DNA of 64,000 nt from Candidatus Saccharimonadia bacterium. Lineage in GTDB: Bacteria; Patescibacteriota; SICC01. A program made the position numbers and the translations under genes. The notes beneath the pieces are model-generated. The model ran no database searches, was not told the DNA's origin, and worked only from the letters and a program-made list of their open reading frames with translations. This document shows, one piece after another, positions 49,256 to 64,000 of the stretch; within the stretch, counting starts at the first letter, position 1, and every line of letters starts with the position of its first letter. The DNA is taken from NCBI GenBank assembly GCA_025449535.1, contig JANWJF010000001.1, positions 741,136 through 805,135 of the forward strand, read 5' to 3'.

Positions 49256-50240
49256 GAAGCTGGTCGCCGCCGCGGAAGCGGCGCTGGGGAAGACGGAGAC
49301 CCCGGACCGGCGTTCCCGTCTGGCGACGGAGTACCTGGGCCGGAACGGCAAGCTCGCCGGGCTGATTCGGGATATCAAGGATCTGCCCGAGGCCGACCGG
49401 CGCAAGGCCGGCATCGCCGGCAACGCGGCCAAGGCGCGCCTGGAGCAGCTCTTCGACGCGGCCCGGAACGAGTCGGCGGCTCGACCGGCCGCGCCCGTGG
49501 ACGTGACGCTGCCCGGGACGGCGTACCGGCTCGGACACCTGCATCCGTCGACGTTGGTGATCCGGGAGCTCGAACGGGTGTTCACCGGCCTGGGATTCGC
49601 GATCGTCGACGGCCCCGAGGTGGTCGACGATTGGCACAACTTCGAGGCGCTGAACCTCGGCCCGGACCATCCGGGGCGCGACATGCAGGACACCTTCTAC
49701 CTGGCGGGGTCGCAGGACAAGGCGGGGAACTTCACGCTGCTGCCCCGGACCCAGACCACGGCGGTCACCGCCAAGCTGCTCGCCGACTCCGAGCCGCCGA
49801 TCCGGGCGATCACCCAGGGACGCGTCTTCCGGAACGAGACGGAGGATGCTACGCACAGCGCCGCCTTCCATCAGTTGGACGCGGTCATCGTCGATGAGCA
49901 GGTCAGCTTCGCTGACCTCAAGGGGCTGCTCGACAAGGCGATGAAGGAGTTGCTAGGTCCGGATACCAAGGTCCGGTTCCGGCCGAGTTACTTCCCGTTC
50001 ACCGAGCCGAGCGCGGAGATCGATTTCTCGCAGCCGGATATCCGGGGCGGGCAATGGTTGGAGTTGGGCGGTGCGGGCATGCTCCACCCGCAGGTACTCC
50101 GCCACGCCGGCATCGACCCGCGCAAGTACCGGTCGCTGGCGTTCGCGCTGGGCCAAGACCGGATCGCCATGCTGAAGTACGGCATCGACGACGTGCGACA
50201 GTTCTTCGCGCCTGACGTACGGCTATTGGAGCAGTTCTGA
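49233..50240 (+). CDS. pheS: Phenylalanyl-tRNA synthetase alpha subunit
   Basis: NFEALN...HP.RDMQDTFY, FRPSYFPFTEPS. Confidence 0.97.
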   Translation: MRDPNEFEKLVAAAEAALGKTETPDRRSRLATEYLGRNGKLAGLIRDIKDLPEADRRKAGIAGNAAKARLEQLFDAARNESAARPAAPVDVTLPGTAYRLGHLHPSTLVIRELERVFTGLGFAIVDGPEVVDDWHNFEALNLGPDHPGRDMQDTFYLAGSQDKAGNFTLLPRTQTTAVTAKLLADSEPPIRAITQGRVFRNETEDATHSAAFHQLDAVIVDEQVSFADLKGLLDKAMKELLGPDTKVRFRPSYFPFTEPSAEIDFSQPDIRGGQWLELGGAGMLHPQVLRHAGIDPRKYRSLAFALGQDRIAMLKYGIDDVRQFFAPDVRLLEQF

Positions 50241-52558
50241 TGCAAGTATCCGTCGACTGGCTCAAGGACTACGCCCCGATGAAGGCCGGCGCCCACGGCG
50301 TCGCCGAACGGCTCACGATGACCCTCAACGAGGTCGACGAGATCCGGGCAGTGGACCACCTCAAGGAGGTCGTAGTCGGGGAGATCGCGGAAATCGCCCC
50401 CCATCCGAACGCGGAGCTGCGCGTCGCCAAGGTCGCGACCGGCGATACCAAGCGCCGGACGGTCGTGGTCCGTGACCAGACGCTGCAGGTCGGCCAGAAG
50501 GTGCCCGTGGTGCTGCCGGGTACCGTACTGCCGAGCGGTCTGCGCGTGGAACGTCGGGACATCCGCGGCGTCACTTCCGACGGCATGATGTGCTCGGCCC
50601 GGGAACTGGACGCCGGCGAGGACGATTCCGGGGTCTGGGTATTGCCGGCGGATGCCAAGGTCAGCGCCCGGTTGCCCGCGGCGCTCGGGCGGCGGCACGA
50701 CACGTTCGACCTGGAGGTGCTCGCCAACCGGCCGGACTGCATGGGTCACCTGGGTATCGCCCGGGAAGCCGCGGCCGCGTTCGGCGTCCCGTTCACCGAG
50801 CCGAAGCTCAAGACCCCGGACCGCAAGAAGCCGGGACCGTACGGCACGAAGTTGCCGGTCGCCGGCTGTGACCGGTATGCCCTGGCGTATCTCGGCGGCG
50901 TGGCCAACAAGCAGAGTCCCGCCTGGCTGAAGCGTCGGCTCACCACCGTCGGCCTACGGCCAATTAACGCGATCGTGGACGTCACCAACTTCGTGATGCT
51001 CGAATACGGCCAGCCGCTCCACGCGATGGACGCCGAACGGATCACCGGACGGGACATACGCGTCCGGGAGGCGCGATCCGGCGAGCCGGTCGTCACGCTC
51101 GATGGCGAGGAGCGGAAGGCGCCGAAGGGATCGCTCCTGATCGCCGACTCGGAGAAGGCGCTCGGTTTCGCCGGTATCATGGGCGGTCGGAATTGCGAGG
51201 TCGGCGACGGCACCACGGAAGTACTGCTCGAGTGCGCCAACTTCGACGCGGCTCGGATCCGGCGGACGTCCCGGGCGCTGGGGCTTCGCACGGACGCCTC
51301 GGCCCGCTTCGAGAAAGGCATCTCCGCGGAGTACGTCGGACCGGCCGTCCGCAGGGCGATCGACCTGATCCGGGAGATCTGCGGCGGGCAGCTCGTGCAA
51401 CTCGCGGACGTCCGGAAGCGCGCCGCCAAGCCGTCGAGGATCGTACTGGAACCCGCTCGGGCGGACGCCTTCCTGGGCATGGCGATCCCGCCCGGGGATA
51501 AGAAGCGCATCCTTGCCCGACTTGGCTTCGGGGTCTCAGGCTCCGGCGCGAAGTGGACCGTGACCGTCCCGTACTGGCGGACCGACGTCCGTCTGCCGGA
51601 GGACCTGTACGAGGAACTGACCCGGCAATACGGGTACGAGAAGGTGCCGGAGACCTTGCCCGGAGGCAGCAGCGCTTCCACCAAGCCGGCCGAACTCGTC
51701 CTGGCCGACCGTCTGCGCGACCTGCTGGTAGCTGCAGGACTCACGGAAGTCCTGACGCATTCACTGGTCGGGCCGAAGCTGCTTGAACGCAGCGGGTTCC
51801 CGCATAAACTGCCAGAGATCGCGAACCCACTCTCCGAGGACTTCCGGTATCTGCGCGGCAGCATGGGTCCGCGACACCTGGAGGCCGTCCAGGCGAACCT
51901 GCGCTGGCGGGATCGGATCGGGTTCTTCGAGGTCGGAAGGGTATTCGAAGCCGCACCCGCCGGTCAAGCCCCGCACGAACAACGGAAACTCCTGGCGACG
52001 ATCGGGACCAAGCGCAAGGCGGACACGTTCGAGGCGGTCCGGGGCATCTGGACGTTGGTGTCGGAACGGCTCGGCGTCCCCGAGGACCGGATCCAGTACA
52101 AGGCCGTCGAGATGGGCAAGTTCATGCCGGGCAGGCACTTCCAGATCAAGGTCGGGAAGGCGAAGGTCGGCTGGGTCGCGGACTTCCGCTACCCGGACCG
52201 GTTCAAGGCCGACAGCATCTCCATGCTTTCGTTGAACCTTGACCGTTTGCAGACCGTCCTGCCGGGCAGGCGCGCCGTGGCCATGCCGCCGACCCACCCC
52301 GCCGTCCGCCGGGACCTTTCGGTCTACCTGCCGGAGCGTTCGTCGTACGCCGAACTGGAGCGCATCGTCCGCCAGAACGGCAAGCCGCACCTGCGCTCGA
52401 TCGGCACGCCGGAGCTGTTCCGGCACCAGGGACGGCGCAGCATCATGATGCCGCTCGAGTTCCGCACGGACGGCCGCACCCTGACCGACGCCGAGGTGAA
52501 CCGCTTGATGGCGAACGTCGAGACGGCCATCAAGTCCCACGGTTGGGAAGTTCGATAA
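50240..52558 (+). CDS. pheT: Phenylalanyl-tRNA synthetase beta subunit
   Basis: GMMCSARELD, NRPDC, VDVTNFVMLEYGQPLHA, RTDASARFEKG, RTLTDAEV. Confidence 0.96.
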   Translation: MQVSVDWLKDYAPMKAGAHGVAERLTMTLNEVDEIRAVDHLKEVVVGEIAEIAPHPNAELRVAKVATGDTKRRTVVVRDQTLQVGQKVPVVLPGTVLPSGLRVERRDIRGVTSDGMMCSARELDAGEDDSGVWVLPADAKVSARLPAALGRRHDTFDLEVLANRPDCMGHLGIAREAAAAFGVPFTEPKLKTPDRKKPGPYGTKLPVAGCDRYALAYLGGVANKQSPAWLKRRLTTVGLRPINAIVDVTNFVMLEYGQPLHAMDAERITGRDIRVREARSGEPVVTLDGEERKAPKGSLLIADSEKALGFAGIMGGRNCEVGDGTTEVLLECANFDAARIRRTSRALGLRTDASARFEKGISAEYVGPAVRRAIDLIREICGGQLVQLADVRKRAAKPSRIVLEPARADAFLGMAIPPGDKKRILARLGFGVSGSGAKWTVTVPYWRTDVRLPEDLYEELTRQYGYEKVPETLPGGSSASTKPAELVLADRLRDLLVAAGLTEVLTHSLVGPKLLERSGFPHKLPEIANPLSEDFRYLRGSMGPRHLEAVQANLRWRDRIGFFEVGRVFEAAPAGQAPHEQRKLLATIGTKRKADTFEAVRGIWTLVSERLGVPEDRIQYKAVEMGKFMPGRHFQIKVGKAKVGWVADFRYPDRFKADSISMLSLNLDRLQTVLPGRRAVAMPPTHPAVRRDLSVYLPERSSYAELERIVRQNGKPHLRSIGTPELFRHQGRRSIMMPLEFRTDGRTLTDAEVNRLMANVETAIKSHGWEVR

Positions 52559-52635
52559 AGCCTTCGTTCAGGTACTTTTTAGTTCGGATTCCGGTGGTTC
52601 GGGAAGCTCGACCGCGGTATAATTGAAGTAGCTGA

Positions 52636-54765
<2,130 letters not shown>

Positions 54766-54777
54766 CATGGGAGCGCG

Positions 54778-55281
54778 ATGACAGGAAGGGGTTGGTTGAT
54801 CATCTACGGGGTACTGCTCCTGGTGATCCTGTACTTGTTCATCAGTGTCGCCGGGCTCAAGGGCGACGTGAACAACCTCAAGGCGAACGTCGCGGAGCTA
54901 CAGCAGGGCGCTGCCGCCGTGGCCGAGTCGACGCCGGCTCCCGCCGCGACCGTCACGCCGGCTCCCCAGAACGATCTGGCCACCGCGACCGGCCGGGACG
55001 GTCAGCGGAAACAGGACCTTGCGGAGATCGCGGAGGCGTTGGTCCAGTACCAACAGAACAGTAACGCGTTTCCGGCGGGACTGAACGACCTTACGCCGGA
55101 ATACCTGGACCGGGTACCGTCCGACCCTTCGTCGCCGAAGTACAATTATCGCTACCGCCGGACCGCTAGCGGGTTCACGCTGACGTGCATCCTCGAGCAG
55201 ACCGGCGATGCCGATGACGCCACAGGCGACGGCAAGGCGGACCAGGTGTTTACGCTCACTGAGGACTTCCGGTCCCAGTAA
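54778..55281 (+). CDS. GspG/pilin-like domain membrane protein
   Basis: N-terminal TM; RD..RK.DL..I..AL..Y......FP..L..L...YL..VP.DP pattern of pseudopilin-like domains. Confidence 0.7.
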   Translation: MTGRGWLIIYGVLLLVILYLFISVAGLKGDVNNLKANVAELQQGAAAVAESTPAPAATVTPAPQNDLATATGRDGQRKQDLAEIAEALVQYQQNSNAFPAGLNDLTPEYLDRVPSDPSSPKYNYRYRRTASGFTLTCILEQTGDADDATGDGKADQVFTLTEDFRSQ

Positions 55282-55373
55282 TCCGGTTAAGGTATCAAAG
55301 AACCTTGGTTAAGGCTTTTATTAATGATTCTCAAGTGGCATTCAGGCATGAAAAGTGAGAAAATAGGTAGGTA

Positions 55374-57800
<2,427 letters not shown>

Positions 57801-57801
57801 T

Positions 57802-58224
57802 ATGGATTTCCCGGAGATCAACCCGGTCCTACTGGTGGCGGGACTGGTCTGGCTGAGCGCGGAACTTTCCAAGTACCTGATTGGACTGGTGAACGACCGC
57901 GGACGGAAGCTGTTCGATCCGGGCGGCATGCCGTCCGTGCACACGGCGGTGATCGTCGGCTGCACCATGGCGATCGGCCTCTCCGAGGGCTTTGACAGCC
58001 CGCTGTTCGCCTTGGGAGCGGTCGTCAGCGCGATCGTAGCGCATGACGCGTTCCGCGTCCGCTGGGCCGTCGGCACGCAGGCGGTGCGGATCAACGAGCT
58101 CTCGCGACGGGCCAAGCTGCCGCCGGTCGTCGTCTGGCGCGGCCACCGGATTCGCGAGGTGATCGTCGGTGGAATCTACGGCGCCCTGCTTGCATGGGGC
58201 CTCTGGGCACTACTGCACTGGTAG
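57802..58224 (+). CDS. Divergent PAP2 (DUF212) family protein
   Basis: GGMPSVHTA, IV..DA..VR..VG.QA..IN, GH...EV..G. Confidence 0.88.
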   Translation: MDFPEINPVLLVAGLVWLSAELSKYLIGLVNDRGRKLFDPGGMPSVHTAVIVGCTMAIGLSEGFDSPLFALGAVVSAIVAHDAFRVRWAVGTQAVRINELSRRAKLPPVVVWRGHRIREVIVGGIYGALLAWGLWALLHW

Positions 58225-58230
58225 GATCCG

Positions 58231-59007
58231 ATGCTACACGATCTTTTCCCATCCTATTTCGAGTGGTGGCACATACCAGTCGTATTCATGGCTGGCATGA
58301 TCGGGGAGTCGTATGGGTGCATCATCGGTGGCGGTGGAATCCCGATCCAAGCGGCCCTGGTATTCATAGGAGTCCCAATCAAGTCGGCCCTCGCTTCGAG
58401 CTCGGTCGGGGGCCTGGGAACAGAAGCGGGGGTCATTTCGGAAACTCGTGAGCAGATAACGTCCAACAAAGGGCTTACCCTGCGCATAGCGATTCCGTAC
58501 ACTCTCGGTGGAATCCTGGGCGTCTGGCTGCTACTCAGCCTATCGACGGAAATTCTCAAGTACATCATGGTGGTCGCGGTGCTCGTGATCTTGGCCCACG
58601 CGTATCATTCGAATCGAAACGAAAAACCGAAGACCATCGGACATTCGCAACATGCTTTCCTGTTTCTCTTCATGTTCATGGCCGGAACATACGGAGCCAT
58701 CGGGCCCGGGGGCGAGGGCGCCTTTTCGAAGTTCGCGATAATGTCGATCCTGGGCCTCAGCTTCATTCAAAGCCAGGGAATCAAGGCCGCTGCAACCGTG
58801 CCATCGAGAGTCATCCGTTTGGTAGTAACCACCTTGGCCGGACTGGTAATTTGGCCATACGCACTGACCCTGGTGGCCGGGACCTTCGTAGGCTCCAAGT
58901 ACGCAACGAGAGTGGCGAAACGAATCCCCGATGCGTATCTCAAGGCGACGCTGGCGGCAGTGAGCGTCGCTTTCGTAGTCTACTTGTTGTTTTTCTATGG
59001 TCCCTAG
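58231..59007 (+). CDS. TauE/SafE (TSUP) family transporter
   Basis: IGGGG motif, G.YG..GPG.G repeat, about 8 TMs. Confidence 0.8.
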   Translation: MLHDLFPSYFEWWHIPVVFMAGMIGESYGCIIGGGGIPIQAALVFIGVPIKSALASSSVGGLGTEAGVISETREQITSNKGLTLRIAIPYTLGGILGVWLLLSLSTEILKYIMVVAVLVILAHAYHSNRNEKPKTIGHSQHAFLFLFMFMAGTYGAIGPGGEGAFSKFAIMSILGLSFIQSQGIKAAATVPSRVIRLVVTTLAGLVIWPYALTLVAGTFVGSKYATRVAKRIPDAYLKATLAAVSVAFVVYLLFFYGP

Positions 59008-59011
59008 ACCG

Positions 59012-59040
59012 TTGTCTCACGCAATATATCTGCGTAGAAT
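59012..59040 (+). promoter_or_regulatory. 16S rRNA promoter
   Basis: TTGTCT-17-TAGAAT. Confidence 0.7.
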
Positions 59041-59208
59041 GAATCTAACGACGTAACCGCCGGAGGTGTTTCCAGCAGGACTCGAACTATCACAGCTCTA
59101 ACGAAAGATTCCACTTTGTTGGTCTGTGCGGTTCCGTCGGGAGCCGTTTTTGTTTCGCCGGCGATCAAATGTTTACTTGATCGACCACCAGGCGACCCGG
59201 TTCGAAAG

Positions 59209-59236
59209 CCGTTCTTTCACAACAGGTAGACATGCC
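59209..59236 (+). other. 5' arm of the 16S processing stem, containing boxA-like GTTCTTTCACA
   Basis: CCGTTCTTTCACAACAGG(T)AGACATGCC pairs with GGCATGTCTCCTGTTGTGAGGGAGCGG at 60880-60906. Confidence 0.8.
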
Positions 59237-59306
59237 ATCCGTCACTTCGGTGACGGAGCTCTAACAATTTCAATCGACCGACCGGTTCCGCCAGGAGCCG
59301 GAAGGT

Positions 59307-60776
<1,470 letters not shown>

Positions 60777-61386
60777 TAGGGAACACTGCCGGAGTCCTTC
60801 GGGACGACGGCCATCCCAGATCTATCGTCGCGACGTCAGTCGCGACGTACCACGGCCCTTCGGAATTGTGGCCGAGCCAGGCATGTCTCCTGTTGTGAGG
60901 GAGCGGATAGGCCCTGTATTGGACGGGGTTCTTTTGGTACTGTTGAGTGGACGAGTAACTGGGCAAGGTTCTCGTTTCCACACGATCCCTACCCGACGGC
61001 CGGCTCTCCTCCGTCATAAGGTTGAATCGGTCGTCGGGTCAAAGCTTCTTAACACGTTGGTCCCAACATGTACTCCGGCTCGGGTTTAAGCGATATCCCC
61101 TAGAGCCTGGGACCACCGCCCGTCGTACGCATGGAGTCGCCAGGGGACGGCTGTCATGCATGTCGAACTGTACGTCGGGCTCAAACATCGAAGGGTGTCG
61201 TACCGACCGTCTTACGTGGTGCTAAACGGACGGCGGAGGACTCCTTCGCAGATCGCAATCTCTCCGTGGCTTTTAGGGGTAAAAGCGAAGGGCGAGGACA
61301 TGCGATTAATCGGCAGGGAAAGCCTCGCACCAGCGAGTACCTGCCCTCAACTTCAGCGGCCCGGCGCCGGACCTTGAGAATCACTT

Positions 61387-61683
61387 TCAAGTTCCAGCCG
61401 GGCCGTTCACGTTGCCATGGCGAATACCGCCTGTGCTACATTGTCTTTGCGTATGAGAGTGCGCTTCATGGGGTCCGGCGGCCCCTCCCGCGCTGCGTGA
61501 CAGAAAGCATTGCCACGTCAAGCCGACGCAAGGGCGGTAAGCAAGGCGACGCCGCCGGACAAACCTTTCAAAATCGTTCGGCAGATCCACCACCTCTACC
61601 GGTGCCCGCCTGTACGGGTAGCCGAGGAAATAGATTACTAGGGTGGTGCCCAGTAGGACTCCGATCACCGTATACGCGACCAT
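61387..61683 (-). CDS. Possible small membrane protein or gene remnant
   Basis: N-terminal TM-like stretch; atypical composition in the rest; no RBS. Confidence 0.25.
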   Translation of the reverse strand: MVAYTVIGVLLGTTLVIYFLGYPYRRAPVEVVDLPNDFERFVRRRRLAYRPCVGLTWQCFLSRSAGGAAGPHEAHSHTQRQCSTGGIRHGNVNGPAGT

Positions 61684-61953
61684 ACAAGGCCGTCGATCGT
61701 GTACGCTCTGTCGGGCTCAGTCCGAGTATCTGTCAACGTGGAGCCCGGTCTACCTCGTGGTCAGAAACAAACTGTCCGCAGGTCAGCAAACGGCTGGCGA
61801 TTTCGGCAGAGGAGTGCGTGCAGCCGTTCATCTCTGTTGACGCTTCGACGCATATGGCCCGGGACCGAGTTTGCAGGAGAAGTATCTTCCTCACTCGCCC
61901 CGGGCCATCGTCACGTCCGTCAGAAACACGTAGAATATATCTTGTTACGCATC

Positions 61954-62030
61954 GGGCGATTAGCTCAGTTGGTTAGAGCGCAGCACTGATAATGCTGAGG
62001 TCCCAGGTTCAAATCCTGGATCGCCCACCA
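61954..62030 (+). tRNA. tRNA-Ile (anticodon GAT)
   Basis: GGGCGAT/ATCGCCC, CAGCA-CT-GAT-AA-TGCTG, GTTCAAATC, CCA; own TAGAAT -10 at 61931. Confidence 0.97.
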
Positions 62031-62227
62031 AGCAGCGGTGGATAACCCGACAGGCAAGCACAGATAAGCCCGTAACCATCGAGCCACTTTTCCACATGTG
62101 GACTCGTTGACTGGCCCCGCCCGGCCACGTAGAGTCGAGGTTACCGCTTGATACGGCACCTCTCTCGGGACGTACCAAGCGAGCACCTTTTAACGATCTA
62201 GCAGGCTGCTCCGTCGGATCGACGGTC

Positions 62228-62860
62228 GATGCCACGGAGTAGTTTGCTAGACTTCGTTCTCCGGTTGATACAAGTGGAAGAAACGGTCGCTTAGGGCGCT
62301 TGCGTACTATACGACCGAGGACATCACTGGAACAGACATGCTGGACAATGGATCACAACGTACGGGGAGCTTGCTCCACGGACGAGGTGTATCTGGTGAG
62401 CAGTAGCGTCTGGACTTAGCCGCACGATACCCTGGGGGTCCAAACCTCAGGTGAGTGTGGCATTCCGAATAAGTTAGGACCGGGAATTGGAGGCTCTTGT
62501 TAGTCACTGAACGGGATGGTAAACCGTTCGGGAGGGACCTCTGAGCTTAGTACCCCCTTGTGGACAGGGTTGTCGAGAGACAGTACCTGTGGACACGTGA
62601 AAAGCGTGGATTGGGAACGGATAGCGTAACCTTAATCAGGAAATACGGACTGGCCTTGTGCCGACACGTAGGAGCCTGGTGGCGGGTACGTAAAACTTAA
62701 AGATCGGCCCCCTGGGCCGCCGCCTTAACGGCTCGTGGAGCAAGCGATGTAGTGATCTCCGGATCAAGACAGCGCTTCGCTCCCGAGTCGGGAAGGAATC
62801 ATAGAATCGACCTTGGTCAGTGCATACAGCACCCCGCGCTACCACAGGTCTTTTCTTTTT
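62228..62860 (+). ncRNA. Candidate large structured non-coding RNA (unnamed)
   Basis: No credible ORF; many nested helices and short hairpin loops; upstream boxA-like GCACCTTTTAAC; ends in TTTTCTTTTT. Confidence 0.6.
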
Positions 62861-62885
62861 ATGTAACGTGGGGATTTATGCGAGA

Positions 62886-63143
62886 ATGGACCGGATGGAT
62901 ATCGTCATCGCACTCATCCTCGTCGGGGCCGGCTTCCTGATGATCCTCAAGACGGACGGCGTGATCGGCTTCTTCGGCCGGAACTCCTGGGCGGAACGGC
63001 ACCTGGGTGCCGGCGGCAGTATCTCGTTCTACAAGCTGATCGGCGTGGTGCTGATCATCATCTCGATGCTCTGGATCACCGGCCTACTGGACAACCTGTT
63101 CCTGGGACCGTTCGGTTCGCTGTTCGGCGGGTTCAAGGGTTAA
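62886..63143 (+). CDS. Small 2-TM membrane protein
   Basis: Host-like codon usage; FG..SWAERHLG.GG...FYKLIG between two TMs. Confidence 0.78.
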   Translation: MDRMDIVIALILVGAGFLMILKTDGVIGFFGRNSWAERHLGAGGSISFYKLIGVVLIIISMLWITGLLDNLFLGPFGSLFGGFKG

Positions 63144-63162
63144 GTCGGTATACTATCCCTGC

Positions 63163-63238
63163 GGGCCGTTAGCTCAGCTGGCAGAGCGCCTGCTTTGCAA
63201 GCAGGAGGTCGTCGGTTCGATCCCGACACGGTCCACCA
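63163..63238 (+). tRNA. tRNA-Ala (anticodon TGC)
   Basis: G3:U70 pair, CCTGC-TT-TGC-AA-GCAGG, CCA; own TATACT -10 at 63149. Confidence 0.97.
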
Positions 63239-63360
63239 CTCATATACATTTTCGAAGCCAAGGCTCCGAAAATGCGAGACGCGACTGAGATGGGTCGACT
63301 CGCGACAAAGCCGCGAGTCGAGGTAGTATTGAAACCTCAACGCGTTGCTATGCTGAAGTT

Positions 63361-64000
63361 ATGAAGGTTGCCGCCCAAGAGATACCCGCGTTCCAAGAGG
63401 CCGTCTGGAACCACTACCGTGAGTATGGCCGATCGTTTCCGTGGCGCGAGAAGCAGGACGCGTACTGCGTGCTGGTCTCGGAGATCATGCTCCAGCAGAC
63501 CCAGGCGGTCCGGGTCGTGCCGTACTTCGAGCGGTTCGTGGAACGCTTCCCGGATGTCCGCTCGCTGGCCCGGGGCCGGCTCGTGACGGTACTCAAGCTT
63601 TGGAACGGCCTCGGATACAACCGCCGCGCCCGGTTCCTGCACGAGGCCGCCAAGGCGGTCGTCCGGGAGCACCGCGGCGTCGTGCCGAGCACCGAAGCCG
63701 AACTGATGAAGCTCCCGGGAATCGGGCCGTACACGGCCGCCGCGGTGGCGGCATTCGCCGGCAACGAGCCGTCCGTGGTGATCGAGACGAACATCCGTAG
63801 CGTCTTCATCCACGAGTTCTTCGGCGATCGGGAAGGGGTGACGGACGCGGAGATAGCGCCGCTGGTCGAGGCCGCGGTGGACCGGGAGAACCCGCGTGAA
63901 TGGTACCAGGCGCTGATGGATTACGGCGCGCACCTCAAGAAACAGGGAATCAACCCATCCCGTCGGAGCGCGCACTATGCCCGGCAGTCGAAGTTCGAAG
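63361..64000 (+). CDS. mutY: A/G-specific adenine glycosylase MutY-like (runs off window)
   Basis: Not in the ORF track (open at edge); R.FPWR, VLVSEIMLQQTQ, W.GLGYNRRA, HhH LPGIGPYTA, QALMDYGA. Confidence 0.92.
   Translation, partial: MKVAAQEIPAFQEAVWNHYREYGRSFPWREKQDAYCVLVSEIMLQQTQAVRVVPYFERFVERFPDVRSLARGRLVTVLKLWNGLGYNRRARFLHEAAKAVVREHRGVVPSTEAELMKLPGIGPYTAAAVAAFAGNEPSVVIETNIRSVFIHEFFGDREGVTDAEIAPLVEAAVDRENPREWYQALMDYGAHLKKQGINPSRRSAHYARQSKFE

Noticed and set aside
61131-61976. 281-aa plus-strand ORF in the 16S-tRNA-Ile spacer
   Set aside because: Atypical Arg/Ser/Cys-rich composition, no RBS, runs into tRNA-Ile
62036-62105. DnaA-box-like 9-mers (TTATCCACC on minus, TTTTCCACA on plus) as oriC
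   Set aside because: Only two reasonable boxes, no AT-rich unwinding element and no dnaA/dnaN nearby
62228-62860. Identification as RNase P RNA, tmRNA, SRP RNA, 23S fragment or group I/II intron
   Set aside because: No GAGGAAAGTCC, no tRNA-like T-arm/CCA end, no SRP GGAA/AGCAG loop, no recognisable 23S or intron core motifs
63247-63321. Two hairpins after tRNA-Ala as a separate ncRNA or terminator
   Set aside because: No U-tract and no other support; probably tRNA trailer structure
63337-63975. 212-aa minus-strand ORF
   Set aside because: Antisense to the clear MutY frame starting at 63361

Overview
High-GC bacterial chromosome segment, most consistent with Patescibacteria/CPR. The evidence is the absence of rpmD between rpsE and rplO, EF-Tu with DMPG, a 16S gene not followed by 23S, and TGA used as a stop (code 11). 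The core gene order is tyrS(partial)-recG-comEA-tRNA-Leu-tig-hyp-clpP-MFS-rpoBC-rpsL-rpsG, then a ~9.2 kb accessory insert, fusA, a ~1.5 kb insert, tuf, the S10/spc/alpha clusters (a two-gene insert separates rplB and rpsS), rplM-rpsI, diadenylate cyclase, pheST, gyrB-(pilin-like)-gyrA, 16S rRNA, tRNA-Ile, tRNA-Ala and mutY(partial). Five observations stand out. (1) A ~630-nt highly base-paired candidate ncRNA with no credible ORF lies between tRNA-Ile and tRNA-Ala. (2) An AT-rich DGQHR + DUF2188 cassette has a near-consensus sigma70 promoter covered by two GATC-containing palindromic operators. (3) Four minus-strand units share a promoter + boxA-like motif + structured leader and encode membrane micro-peptides or Cys-rich pilin-like paralogs. 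(4) EF-G has altered G4/G5 motifs. (5) Many genes show a leaderless-promoter signature. All calls were made by eye from the sequence and the ORF track; no searches were run.
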